From Candidatus Omnitrophota bacterium (GTDB lineage: Bacteria; Ratteibacteria; UBA8468; B48-G9; JAFGKM01), in contig JAMWCZ010000001.1 of assembly GCA_023819225.1 (NCBI GenBank), forward strand, positions 1-44,811: DNA of 44,811 bases, written 5' to 3'. Every line of letters begins with the position of its first letter. Within the stretch, counting starts at the first letter, position 1. Positions 38,200 to 44,811 of the stretch are shown in pieces. The notes below the pieces were generated by a model. It was not told the origin of the DNA. It saw nothing but the letters and a program-made list of their open reading frames with translations, and searched no databases. The translations under genes and the position numbers were made by a program.

Positions 38200-38937
38200 T
38201 TATAATATTACTAACTGTTTGTTGTTGAAATGACATATCTCAATATCTATGCCAAATATCTTTGAGAGAATTTCTGATGAAAGTTCTTTTTTATGATAAA
38301 TCCCGAAACACCTGCTGTCAGCGAAAAATAGAAATTTATCGGCATAGTTTATAACCTGGTTCAATTCATGGCTCGCAAGTAGAACCGTTAATTGATATTC
38401 CCGGTGAAGTTTCAATATAAGGTATAGTATTTCCTTTTTACCTTTTACATCCAGGTCTATTGTCGGCTCATCAAGAACCAGGACATCTGGTTCCAGAGAT
38501 AATGCCCTTGCGATAAGTACACGCTGCTGCTGCCCCCCTGAAAGGTTATAAAACCTACTATTTGCAAGGTGCTCAATTCCGCAGTATCTTAATGACCTTA
38601 TTGCTGCTTGACGGTCATTGTTCGTATATCCGTGAAACGGTTTTGAGTAACGTGTCCGCATCATAAGAACTATCTCCACAACTGTAAATGGGAAGACATT
38701 AGACAAGAAATCCCTTTGCATGCAATAGCCAAATTTTATGTCAGTGTGCTTGATAATTTTCCCTTTTTTCAGTTTCAACAATCCCATAACTGATTTCAGA
38801 AAAGTAGTTTTACCTGTCCCGTTAGGACCTATAATCCCTAAAAAGTCACCTTTATTTATACTTAATGATACATCATTGAGTACTGTTATTTTTCTATACC
38901 CCAATTGGGCATGCTCAAGTTCTAACAATTTCTCCAT
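38200..38937 (-). CDS. znuC: metal ABC transporter ATP-binding protein
   Basis: Walker A GPNGTGKTT, signature LSGGQQQRV and Walker B LVLDEP. Confidence 0.85.
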   Translation of the reverse strand: MEKLLELEHAQLGYRKITVLNDVSLSINKGDFLGIIGPNGTGKTTFLKSVMGLLKLKKGKIIKHTDIKFGYCMQRDFLSNVFPFTVVEIVLMMRTRYSKPFHGYTNNDRQAAIRSLRYCGIEHLANSRFYNLSGGQQQRVLIARALSLEPDVLVLDEPTIDLDVKGKKEILYLILKLHREYQLTVLLASHELNQVINYADKFLFFADSRCFGIYHKKELSSEILSKIFGIDIEICHFNNKQLVIL

Positions 38938-38950
38938 ATTTTTATAACCT

Positions 38951-39026
38951 TTCCCTCTCTTTTTTCCCTCTCCACTCTTGCGGGGAGAGGGTTAGGGTGA
39001 GGGGTGACATCTCCCCTTTGAGAGGG
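38951..39026 (-). repeat. single GC-rich hairpin unit D inside the znu operon (znuA-znuC intergenic)
   Basis: ttccctctccactcttgcGGGGAGAGGGTTAGGGTGAGGGG (38964-39004) plus flanking fragments ttccctctct and ctcccctttgagaggg. It occupies most of the 99-nt gap between the znuA stop and the znuC start. Confidence 0.8.
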
Positions 39027-39036
39027 TAATTAGTTC

Positions 39037-39942
39037 TTATTTTCCTCCTGTAATAGTGTTAACAATCATATCAATAAGCGAGATATAATCTACGGCTTCT
39101 TTACTGCCGCCAACATACATAGGTACTTTTGCTATTCGGATACCTGTCCTTTCAGAGATAAACTTTGCTGGCCGGATATCATAAAAATTCACAGTAACTA
39201 CAACTTTTACATTCTCTGATTTTATCTTTTCAATTAGTTGAGATAGATGCGCAGGACTTGGTGGTATTCCTGGTAGAGGTTCAATTTCTCCGATAATTTT
39301 AAGTCCAAATGTCCTTGCAAAATATGACCAACTTCTATGATAAGTAACTATCTTTTCTATACCTGCTTCTCTTAATTTTTCGCGCCACTGGAACATTTTT
39401 GAATCTATACGAGAGACAAAGTCATCATAGTTTTTTCTAAAATAATCTGCATTTTCAGGTGAAAGGGCTGACATCCTTTCCATAATCTGTTTTGCCACTG
39501 CCTTTCCACTTACAGGGTCATGTGTATAATGCGGATTCCCAGAAGCATGAATGTGCCCCATAGAAGCATCTGCTTTTGCTCCTGCCGGTAATACTTCCAT
39601 CCTGTCAATGCCAACAGATACATCAAGGTATCCACTTTTCCCATACATTATCTTTGGATTCCTCGCAACATTAATAAGAGAAAAGACCCATATATCAAGT
39701 TCCATACCATTTATGATAAGGAGGTCGGCATCACGCATAGTTATCGCCATAGACGGTGTGGGTTCTAAATAATGTGGGTCCTGTGTACCTCTCATAAGAG
39801 AAGTTGCTGTTACTTTCTCTTTTCCAATCTCTTCAGCAATACTTGCAAAGTCAGGTAATGTCGTTACCACCTTCAACGGTTTTGCAAAAACAATAGTATT
39901 CATTACCATCAAAAAAGCCGTAAGAAACATCGTCTTTTTCAT
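39037..39942 (-). CDS. znuA: metal ABC transporter substrate-binding protein (TroA/ZnuA-like)
   Basis: Start re-picked at ATG 39942 (MKKTMFLTAFLMVMNTIVFA) behind GGAGGT. DPHYLEP and GHIHASGNPHYTHDP metal-site-like motifs. Confidence 0.8.
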   Translation of the reverse strand: MKKTMFLTAFLMVMNTIVFAKPLKVVTTLPDFASIAEEIGKEKVTATSLMRGTQDPHYLEPTPSMAITMRDADLLIINGMELDIWVFSLINVARNPKIMYGKSGYLDVSVGIDRMEVLPAGAKADASMGHIHASGNPHYTHDPVSGKAVAKQIMERMSALSPENADYFRKNYDDFVSRIDSKMFQWREKLREAGIEKIVTYHRSWSYFARTFGLKIIGEIEPLPGIPPSPAHLSQLIEKIKSENVKVVVTVNFYDIRPAKFISERTGIRIAKVPMYVGGSKEAVDYISLIDMIVNTITGGK

Positions 39943-39980
39943 CTTTAACCTCCATATTGCAAGCCCAACATATCTCAACA

Positions 39981-41213
39981 TTATTCCAGCGGATGCGAAT
40001 GTGGCCCTATGCCAAAAAGGGTCTGGATATAAAATCTCCAGTCGTTTTCCTCTGTATGATAACTTATCTGTCCCCTGAACTTTGTCGTTTCTGTAAGAGA
40101 CCTTGTTAAAAAGATTGAATATACCTGTTCTGTTTCTTTTTCCATCCCGGGAGATTCAAACAAGTCATATCTCATACCTGCCTCCCAATACTGGTTGAAC
40201 CTGTAGTCCAATAGAGAATATAAACCCTTCCTCCACCATTCCTCATCTATCTCTCCGGGTTTGAATCTATCCCTCTGCAGAAAATAAAATTCGTTTCTGA
40301 AAAGAAGTCGGCGGAAACCATAACCCTGATGTTTTAGTGTTATATCCAGCCCATAAAGGTTGATGTCGTCAACATCTCTCGGAGAATCAGAATGGCAAGG
40401 TCCTTTTGCTTTAAGATAACTTGCTCCTATCTCCACTTCGGTAGCAGCACTCACAGCAAAAGAACTCCATAAACGTGCGTTAAATGCATTATCTGTAGGT
40501 GCAAAACTCTCCTCTTCTCCTTCTTCCTTATGGTCTTCAAGCACCCAGTAACCAACAGAACCCTGTAGGAAGAACGACAAAGGAAACAGATAGTTAATAC
40601 TCACACCATTTCCAATCACACCATGTTCGCCAAGATATGCTTCTACTGCCAGAGGTTTATCCACAAAAAGGTAGTGGTGTTCATGTATCTGATTTATCTT
40701 GCCAAAGTCCAGCAGTTTTTTGCCTGCTTGAAAACCGAAATTACCTGGAAGATTGAAAAAGGAGATATATCCTTCCTCTAACTCAGTTTCATAATGGTTT
40801 TCATGTCTATGGATTCCCAATATCGCATCTGCCCTTGCATTAGGAAAGATATATCCTCCGAATGCAAATTCAACACTATCAAGATAAACCTTATTGTCCT
40901 GAGTATCCCCAAAAGAACCTATAATGTTTCCTATAAAACTTATATCTGGCAGGTATGCTGTTGAAGAACTCATTCCAGAGAAAAAATTAGATTGAGCAGG
41001 CTCAGAACTTTGTAACTGTTGCTCAAGATTACTGATTTTTGTCTCCAACTGTAGAATTTTTTCTTCATAGAGTTTTTTTGTCTCATCCAGTTGCTTTTGC
41101 AACTCTTTGAGTTCTTTTCTCAGCGTCTCTGTTTGTGATATCTGTGCACCACCGCAAATAGGTAATATCAAGATAATTGTGATTAATATAAATAGAATAA
41201 ATCTGAACTTCAT
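39981..41213 (-). CDS. His-rich putative outer-membrane beta-barrel protein with N-terminal coiled coil, first large gene of the znu operon
   Basis: Signal peptide MKFRFILFILITIILILPICGGAQ and a coiled coil LRKELKELQKQLDETKKLYEEKILQLETKISNLEQQLQ. Then an aromatic/alternating pattern with His clusters HRHENHYE, IHEHHYLF, EDHKEEGEEE and C-terminal GPHSHPLE. Its stop abuts the znuA region. Confidence 0.5.
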   Translation of the reverse strand: MKFRFILFILITIILILPICGGAQISQTETLRKELKELQKQLDETKKLYEEKILQLETKISNLEQQLQSSEPAQSNFFSGMSSSTAYLPDISFIGNIIGSFGDTQDNKVYLDSVEFAFGGYIFPNARADAILGIHRHENHYETELEEGYISFFNLPGNFGFQAGKKLLDFGKINQIHEHHYLFVDKPLAVEAYLGEHGVIGNGVSINYLFPLSFFLQGSVGYWVLEDHKEEGEEESFAPTDNAFNARLWSSFAVSAATEVEIGASYLKAKGPCHSDSPRDVDDINLYGLDITLKHQGYGFRRLLFRNEFYFLQRDRFKPGEIDEEWWRKGLYSLLDYRFNQYWEAGMRYDLFESPGMEKETEQVYSIFLTRSLTETTKFRGQISYHTEENDWRFYIQTLFGIGPHSHPLE

Positions 41214-41216
41214 AAA

Positions 41217-41273
41217 ACCTCCTTATGCTTTATTATTGACAAAAACACTCACAATACTTTGCCATAAGGAGGT
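41217..41273 (-). promoter_or_regulatory. anti-SD / SD hairpin (translational coupling element) in front of the outer-membrane gene
   Basis: On the minus-strand RNA, ACCTCCTTATG (41273..41263) is perfectly complementary to CATAAGGAGGT (41227..41217). The latter contains the AAGGAGG SD of the ATG at 41213. The stem is 11 bp with a 35-nt loop. The 5' arm lies inside the last codons (A-P-P-Y-G) of the upstream small ORF, whose stop (41251..41249) is in the loop. Confidence 0.5.
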
Positions 41274-41539
41274 GCGCGGATATAAAACTTTAATGCAGAA
41301 AATTCTTTAACTAAAGATGTGTTTTTAGTTGAAAGGGTCCCAACAGCAAATAGTATAGAGACAAATTTAGGAAATAAAAGAGGTAAAAAAGAAGAAAATA
41401 TTTTTGCAAAGTTGCACAAAGAGCATTGTTCACACAAGGCAGAATGATAAAAGATATGTGCAATATTCAAAAAAGGGGTCAGGAAGAAAAGTAATGTGAT
41501 AACTCCAACCAGTATTTTAATCCTCTTAGTTTTTTTCAT
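41249..41539 (-). CDS. small two-TM membrane protein with a CxxCxxC motif (hypothetical)
   Basis: MKKTKRIKILVGVITLLFFLTPFLNIAHIFYHSALCEQCSLCNF...YIRAPPYGKVL. The track start at 41581 is TTG; ATG 41539 was preferred, but neither has a good SD. The coupling hairpin at its 3' end argues that it is translated. Confidence 0.4.
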   Translation of the reverse strand: MKKTKRIKILVGVITLLFFLTPFLNIAHIFYHSALCEQCSLCNFAKIFSSFLPLLFPKFVSILFAVGTLSTKNTSLVKEFSALKFYIRAPPYGKVL

Positions 41540-41642
41540 CTTCTGTTGTATATTATATACCTTGCTTTTATCCTCTGTCAATGGATTGCACAGATAGGAT
41601 AGATAGGGAATACTTTCTCATCTAAGTTTTTTGTTCAAAAAT

Positions 41643-41857
41643 CCCCTCACCCTATCCCTCTCCCCGCTATGCGGGGCGAGGGAAGCCCCTCACCCTAACC
41701 CTCTCCCAGTTGTGCGGGGCGAGGGAAGCCCCTCACCCATACCCTCTCCCCGCTGTGCGGGGCGAGGGAAGCCCCTCACCCATACCCTCTCCCCGCTGTG
41801 CGGGGCGAGGGAAGCCCCTCACCCATACCCTCTCCCAGCGGTGCGGGGAGAGGGAAT
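41643..41857 (+). repeat. GC-rich hairpin-unit repeat array E: 5 x 43 bp perfectly phased tandem repeat
   Basis: Units lie at 41643-41685, 41686-41728, 41729-41771, 41772-41814 and 41815-41857. Units 3 and 4 are identical (cccctcacccataccctctccccgctgtgcggggcgagggaag). There are no spacers. Confidence 0.95.
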
Positions 41858-41888
41858 AAAGGTGAGGGGAGTGGGAAAAGAAGAGGGA

Positions 41889-41962
41889 GATAAATGCTAC
41901 CGCACAGAATCTTCTAACTTTTCAAGAATGTGGGAGGTATTACTTATGTATCTCAAATTCTG
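41889..41962 (+). repeat. 74-bp array-end element, copy 2
   Basis: gataaatgctaccgcacagaatcttctaacttttcaagaatgtgggaggtattacttatgtatctcaaattctg is the reverse complement of 25854..25928, at roughly 90% identity by hand. It has the same polarity relative to its array as copy 1. Confidence 0.8.
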
Positions 41963-42059
41963 CAATCAGATAAAATAGGCACACTTTTGACACACTTTTT
42001 AATAAGGTGGAATAAATTGACGCTTTTGAGATTTTTTAAGTTATTGAGGGATAAGAACT

Positions 42060-42141
42060 TGCGAGGGGGGGGAGTTGAACCCCCATGGGAAATCCCACTG
42101 GATCCTAAGTCCAGCGCGTCTGCCAATTCCGCCACCCTCGC
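42060..42141 (-). tRNA. tRNA-Leu, anticodon TAG
   Basis: The minus strand reads GCGAGGGTGGCGGAATTGGCAGACGCGCTGGACTTAGGATCCAGTGGGATTTCCCATGGGGGTTCAACTCCCCCCCTCGCA. It has a 7-bp acceptor stem GCGAGGG/CCCTCGC, anticodon stem CTGGA/TCCAG with loop CTTAGGA, a long variable arm, T-arm GGGGG-TTCAACT-CCCCC and discriminator A. CCA is not encoded. Confidence 0.9.
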
Positions 42142-42153
42142 TTATATATTAAT

Positions 42154-42182
42154 ATTTTATATGTTTTCAGTAGAGATGTAAA
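42154..42182 (-). promoter_or_regulatory. candidate sigma70 promoter of tRNA-Leu
   Basis: The minus strand reads TTTACA (42182..42177), a 17-nt spacer, then TAAAAT (42159..42154), 12 nt upstream of the mature tRNA 5' end. Confidence 0.35.
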
Positions 42183-42260
42183 CTGTACTTTTTTCCCATA
42201 TCCTCTACCCGCTATTAAGGAGAGGAAAAACTAAGGAATACAATGGTAAAAAGATATTTA

Positions 42261-42791
42261 TTAAGCAAGGGGCTTAAGAACTTTTTCAAATATATTCAAA
42301 ATCTTTTCATTGTAAAGGACAAAACGGATTTTCTTTACTGATTTAAGATTTGGAATTTCATCAAGAATTGTTTTAACGGCTATCTCTGCTGCTTCCTGCA
42401 AAGGATAACCAAAAGCCCCTGTAGATATAGCACAGAAGGCAACAGAAGACAGACCATTTTCTTCTGCAACTTTCAGGCAGTTTTTATAACAGAGGGCGAG
42501 TTTTTTAGCAGGGTCTTCATCTCTGTAGTAAACAGGCCCAAGTGTGTGGATAACATAAGGATTGGGAAGGTTATAACCCTTTGTTATAACTGCTTCTCCT
42601 GTCTTTATAGGTGCAAGTTTTTTACACTCCTCATATAACTCTGGTCCTGCCTTTCTATGTATTGCTCCTGCTACACCACCGCCAGGTGCAAGTTGAGCAT
42701 TAGCAGCATTAACCACTGCATCAAATCCGTCTTGGGCAGTAATGTCCCCTACCCTGCACTCTATTATAACTTCTCCTTTTCTTATCTCCAT
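42261..42791 (-). CDS. macro-domain protein (O-acetyl-ADP-ribose deacetylase / ADP-ribose-binding, YmdB-like)
   Basis: VVNAANAQLAPGGGVAGAIH, a conserved GxxxIxHxxGP-like region (VIHTLGPVY) and ISTGAFGYP. Confidence 0.85.
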   Translation of the reverse strand: MEIRKGEVIIECRVGDITAQDGFDAVVNAANAQLAPGGGVAGAIHRKAGPELYEECKKLAPIKTGEAVITKGYNLPNPYVIHTLGPVYYRDEDPAKKLALCYKNCLKVAEENGLSSVAFCAISTGAFGYPLQEAAEIAVKTILDEIPNLKSVKKIRFVLYNEKILNIFEKVLKPLA

Positions 42792-42818
42792 CTTTTAACT
42801 TCCGATACGGACGAATAT

Positions 42819-43211
42819 TCAAGACAGAATTTTAATCCATACATAACGGGTGCGTGGACCGTCAAACTCACATATAAATATACCCTGCCAGGTTCCAAGT
42901 TGTAAAACACCATCTTCAATAATTATAGAAAGAGAATGTCCTAATATACTTGACTTTATATGTGCATCTGAATTCCCTTCTGAGTGGCTGTATCTTCCAC
43001 TTTCAGGGACAAGTTTTTCAAGTTGTGAAAGTATATCTGCCTTTACAGATGGGTCTGCGTTTTCATTTATTGTAAGTCCGCATGTGGTATGTGGAACAGA
43101 TACGTAACAGATGCCGCTTTTTACTCCCGACTTCCTTACAATATCTTCAATCAACTGTGTTATCTCAACAAATTCCTGGCGCTTTGTTGTCTTAACTATT
43201 ATCCTTTCCAT
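42819..43211 (-). CDS. yjbQ: YjbQ/UPF0047-family protein (secondary thiamine-phosphate synthase-like)
   Basis: [28 protein letters not shown] and LGTWQGIF motifs; 130 aa. Confidence 0.85.
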   Translation of the reverse strand: MERIIVKTTKRQEFVEITQLIEDIVRKSGVKSGICYVSVPHTTCGLTINENADPSVKADILSQLEKLVPESGRYSHSEGNSDAHIKSSILGHSLSIIIEDGVLQLGTWQGIFICEFDGPRTRYVWIKILS

Positions 43212-43235
43212 AAAATCCGCCCTTTTACTTACTTA

Positions 43236-43276
43236 TACCGCCCCCGCAGTGGTACTGTACCACTGCGGGGGCGGTA
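43236..43276 (-). terminator. 41-nt perfect palindrome (20-bp GC-rich arms) directly after the URO-D-family gene
   Basis: TACCGCCCCCGCAGTGGTAC-t-GTACCACTGCGGGGGCGGTA begins 4 nt after the stop at 43280. No U-tract follows on the minus strand. Confidence 0.5.
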
Positions 43277-43279
43277 ACA

Positions 43280-44398
43280 TCAACAGGAATAATTTCTGCC
43301 TTCATCCAGCATTACAAGATAGTTTTTCAGAGGTATGTAATTTGCTACTGAATTACCTGTTCCGAGACAATAACCCCCACCGGGGATGCATACATCAAGT
43401 GTCTCTCTAACACGTTTTCTTATCTGTTCTTCATCTGCGTTAATAAGAAAGTTTACATCTATCCCACCAAGTATTCCAATTCTATCTCCCCATCGTTTCT
43501 TTGCTTCTGTCACAGGTAGTATAGTATCTTCCCAGGAGTGTTTGGCATCAATCCTTACATCATTTATAAGCGGCTCCATAATATCGTCAAGTTTACCACA
43601 GGAATGTAAAAGATAAAGTTTGTTATGCTGGTGTGCTATCTCCGCACATCTTTTATGCCAAGGCAGTGCCTTTTCTATCAGAACCTGAGGGTTTATAAGA
43701 CACCCGCTCTTAAATCCCATATCATCACTTCCCCAGACAATTATAAGTTTGCTGTAGTCAACCATCTGTTTTGTATATTCAACCTGTATCTCTCCTACCC
43801 TTCTAAACATAGCATCCACCAGATCTGGCTTGTCATAAATTGCATAACACAGTCCTGTATACCCCATCAAAAAGGTGACATATTCAAGGATATGTGCAGT
43901 AAGTGCATAAAAAGCCATATTATCAGGAAGATTCTTTTCACACCAGTCAAACTCGCTCAGGTCAATCTTTGTAGGGTCTGGCCAGGGGTATCTTTCAAAG
44001 TCATCCCAGGAAGAAATTGGACCAATCCCTTCGTCCTGCCAGGAACGTTTACCTCTGTTTTTTTCGTCAGGAGTGGTATCTATCCCCTCTTTGCATTTGG
44101 TCTGCCAGTCAAAGTTAAAGGGATATGCCCTGATAATATCATAACCTAAAAACCTGTGCAGTTCTAATCTTGCCTTCATCCTTAAGTCAAGTTTATCAGT
44201 TGATGGTGGTTCATAAGGATTTTCAAAGAACTCTTTGTATTTAAGGTCAAAATATTCCGCGGCTGCCTTCTGGACTTCTATATCAAGAAACAACTCTATA
44301 TTATATACCCTCTCAGGTGTTCCCTCCCTCATAATGTTTCTCTTCAGTCCTTCACAGTCAGGTTCAAATGGTTTTTGTAAATACATAATTCCTCCCAT
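43280..44398 (-). CDS. uroporphyrinogen decarboxylase (URO-D)-family protein (MtaA/CmuA-like fold; function unknown)
   Basis: Size and C-terminal pattern (ILGGIDVNFL..., CIPGGGYCLGTGNSV) resemble URO-D-family enzymes. The family call comes from recollection and no diagnostic motif was checked. The start could instead be ATG 44386 (MYLQKPF), which follows GGGAGG. Confidence 0.6.
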   Translation of the reverse strand: MGGIMYLQKPFEPDCEGLKRNIMREGTPERVYNIELFLDIEVQKAAAEYFDLKYKEFFENPYEPPSTDKLDLRMKARLELHRFLGYDIIRAYPFNFDWQTKCKEGIDTTPDEKNRGKRSWQDEGIGPISSWDDFERYPWPDPTKIDLSEFDWCEKNLPDNMAFYALTAHILEYVTFLMGYTGLCYAIYDKPDLVDAMFRRVGEIQVEYTKQMVDYSKLIIVWGSDDMGFKSGCLINPQVLIEKALPWHKRCAEIAHQHNKLYLLHSCGKLDDIMEPLINDVRIDAKHSWEDTILPVTEAKKRWGDRIGILGGIDVNFLINADEEQIRKRVRETLDVCIPGGGYCLGTGNSVANYIPLKNYLVMLDEGRNYSC

Positions 44399-44400
44399 TC

Positions 44401-44811
44401 TTACGCCTGTTTCTGCCCCTTTAGTATATCCCTGATTTCTGCAAGTAGTGTTTCTTCTTTTGAAGGCGGAGGTGGAGGTGGTGGAGGAGATGGCTTTTCC
44501 TGTGCCCTCCTGAATTTATTTACCCCCTTTACGAGCAGAAAGACAGCAAAGGAGACAATAAGGAAGTCAACCATTGCCTGTATAAATTTACCATAGTGTA
44601 ATAGAACTGCTGGCTTATCACCTATTGGCTGTCTTAATGTAATAACAAGATTGGTAAAATCCACACCTGCAAGGATTGCACCAATTGGGGGCATAATAAC
44701 ATCAGAGACAAGAGATGATACAACTTTACCAAAAGCAGCACCTATAATGATACCCACAGCCATATCTATCATATTCCCTTTTATAGCAAACTCCTTAAAT
44801 TCTTTAATAAC
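44401..44811 (-). CDS. mscL: large-conductance mechanosensitive channel MscL; the 5' end runs off the window by a few codons
   Basis: The reading frame is open to the window edge ([31 protein letters not shown]...), which matches the canonical MscL N-terminus. The C-terminal linker is [11 protein letters not shown]. Confidence 0.9.
   Translation of the reverse strand, partial: VIKEFKEFAIKGNMIDMAVGIIIGAAFGKVVSSLVSDVIMPPIGAILAGVDFTNLVITLRQPIGDKPAVLLHYGKFIQAMVDFLIVSFAVFLLVKGVNKFRRAQEKPSPPPPPPPPSKEETLLAEIRDILKGQKQA

Noticed and set aside
41593-41608. GATAGGATAGATAGGG direct repeats upstream of the znu-operon small ORF as a Zur box
   Set aside because: They do not resemble the palindromic AT-rich Zur/Fur-type boxes I know, and nothing in the window offers a comparison.
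41643-41857. Repeat arrays (also 25929-26380 and 30751-31296) as CRISPR arrays
   Set aside because: Units abut head to tail with no unique spacers. Unit length varies within an array, compound and half units occur, and no cas genes are present.
41930-42181. ORFs 41930-42181 (+) and 41953-42135 (-)
   Set aside because: They overlap the tRNA-Leu gene and the 74-bp repeat element, use GTG starts, and have no coding signature.
42195-42232. tcctctacccgctattaaggagagga as a further repeat-family unit
   Set aside because: It only loosely resembles a decayed unit (ccctctccccgc...ggagagg). It is too degenerate to call without a statistical alignment.
42261-42791. Macro-domain protein as a DarG-type antitoxin or part of an ADP-ribosylation defence pair
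   Set aside because: It is a stand-alone 176-aa YmdB-like macro domain. No DarT/DUF4433-like or ART-like gene is adjacent, and the neighbours are yjbQ and a tRNA.

Overview
This window is 44.8 kb of chromosome from an AT-rich bacterium with an outer membrane (Lpt, Tol-Pal and OmpA/Pal-type genes are present). I cannot assign a taxon from the sequence alone. It holds about 47 protein genes and one tRNA, nearly all recognisable core functions in tight operons. On the minus strand, in transcription order: gap, pgk, tpiA, secG, a PPP-type phosphatase, a Hanks Ser/Thr kinase and a partial peptide-binding lipoprotein. Then come comFC; lptF-lptG; glyS-glyA-dCMP deaminase-recJ; and rpmB. A surface-polysaccharide locus follows, with two O-antigen-ligase/TPR fusions, a priming sugar-phosphate transferase, two glycosyltransferases and a methyltransferase. 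Next are a Met-rich secreted protein with tolQ-tolR-tolA-tolB, then a pal-like OmpA protein, a glycine-zipper lipoprotein and an FMN-bind/NapH-like membrane redox protein. After these come phoB-phoR and porin-pstS-arsC-pstC-pstA-pstB-phoU. A zinc-type ABC operon follows (small Cys membrane protein, His-rich outer-membrane protein, znuA, znuC, znuB). The window ends with tRNA-Leu(TAG), a macro-domain protein, yjbQ, a URO-D-family protein and mscL, which runs off the edge. I see no transposase, integrase, phage, cas, toxin-antitoxin or defence-type genes, so I do not claim a new protein-encoded system. The signal the ORF track does not explain is non-coding. A family of GC-rich 43-48 bp hairpin units forms spacer-less tandem arrays at five operon boundaries (about 5.6, 25.9-26.4, 30.75-31.3, 39.0 and 41.64-41.86 kb). 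Two arrays carry a conserved ~75-bp element at one end. Two arrays carry an 83-bp structured insert at the same position of one unit, in inverted orientation, bracketing a 4.6-kb five-gene block. The well-conserved units carry a canonical G-quadruplex motif. This repeat family is the most interesting signal here. Secondary points are an anti-Shine-Dalgarno hairpin coupling the zinc-operon outer-membrane gene to a small upstream ORF, a perfect tandem 11-mer (TTAACA-N5-TTAACA) Pho-box candidate, arsC embedded in the pst operon, and a roughly 11% Met secreted protein heading the tol cluster. The ORF track uses TTG/GTG as well as ATG starts, so several starts were re-picked by hand. Non-ORF coordinates were indexed by hand and may be off by 1-2 nt.
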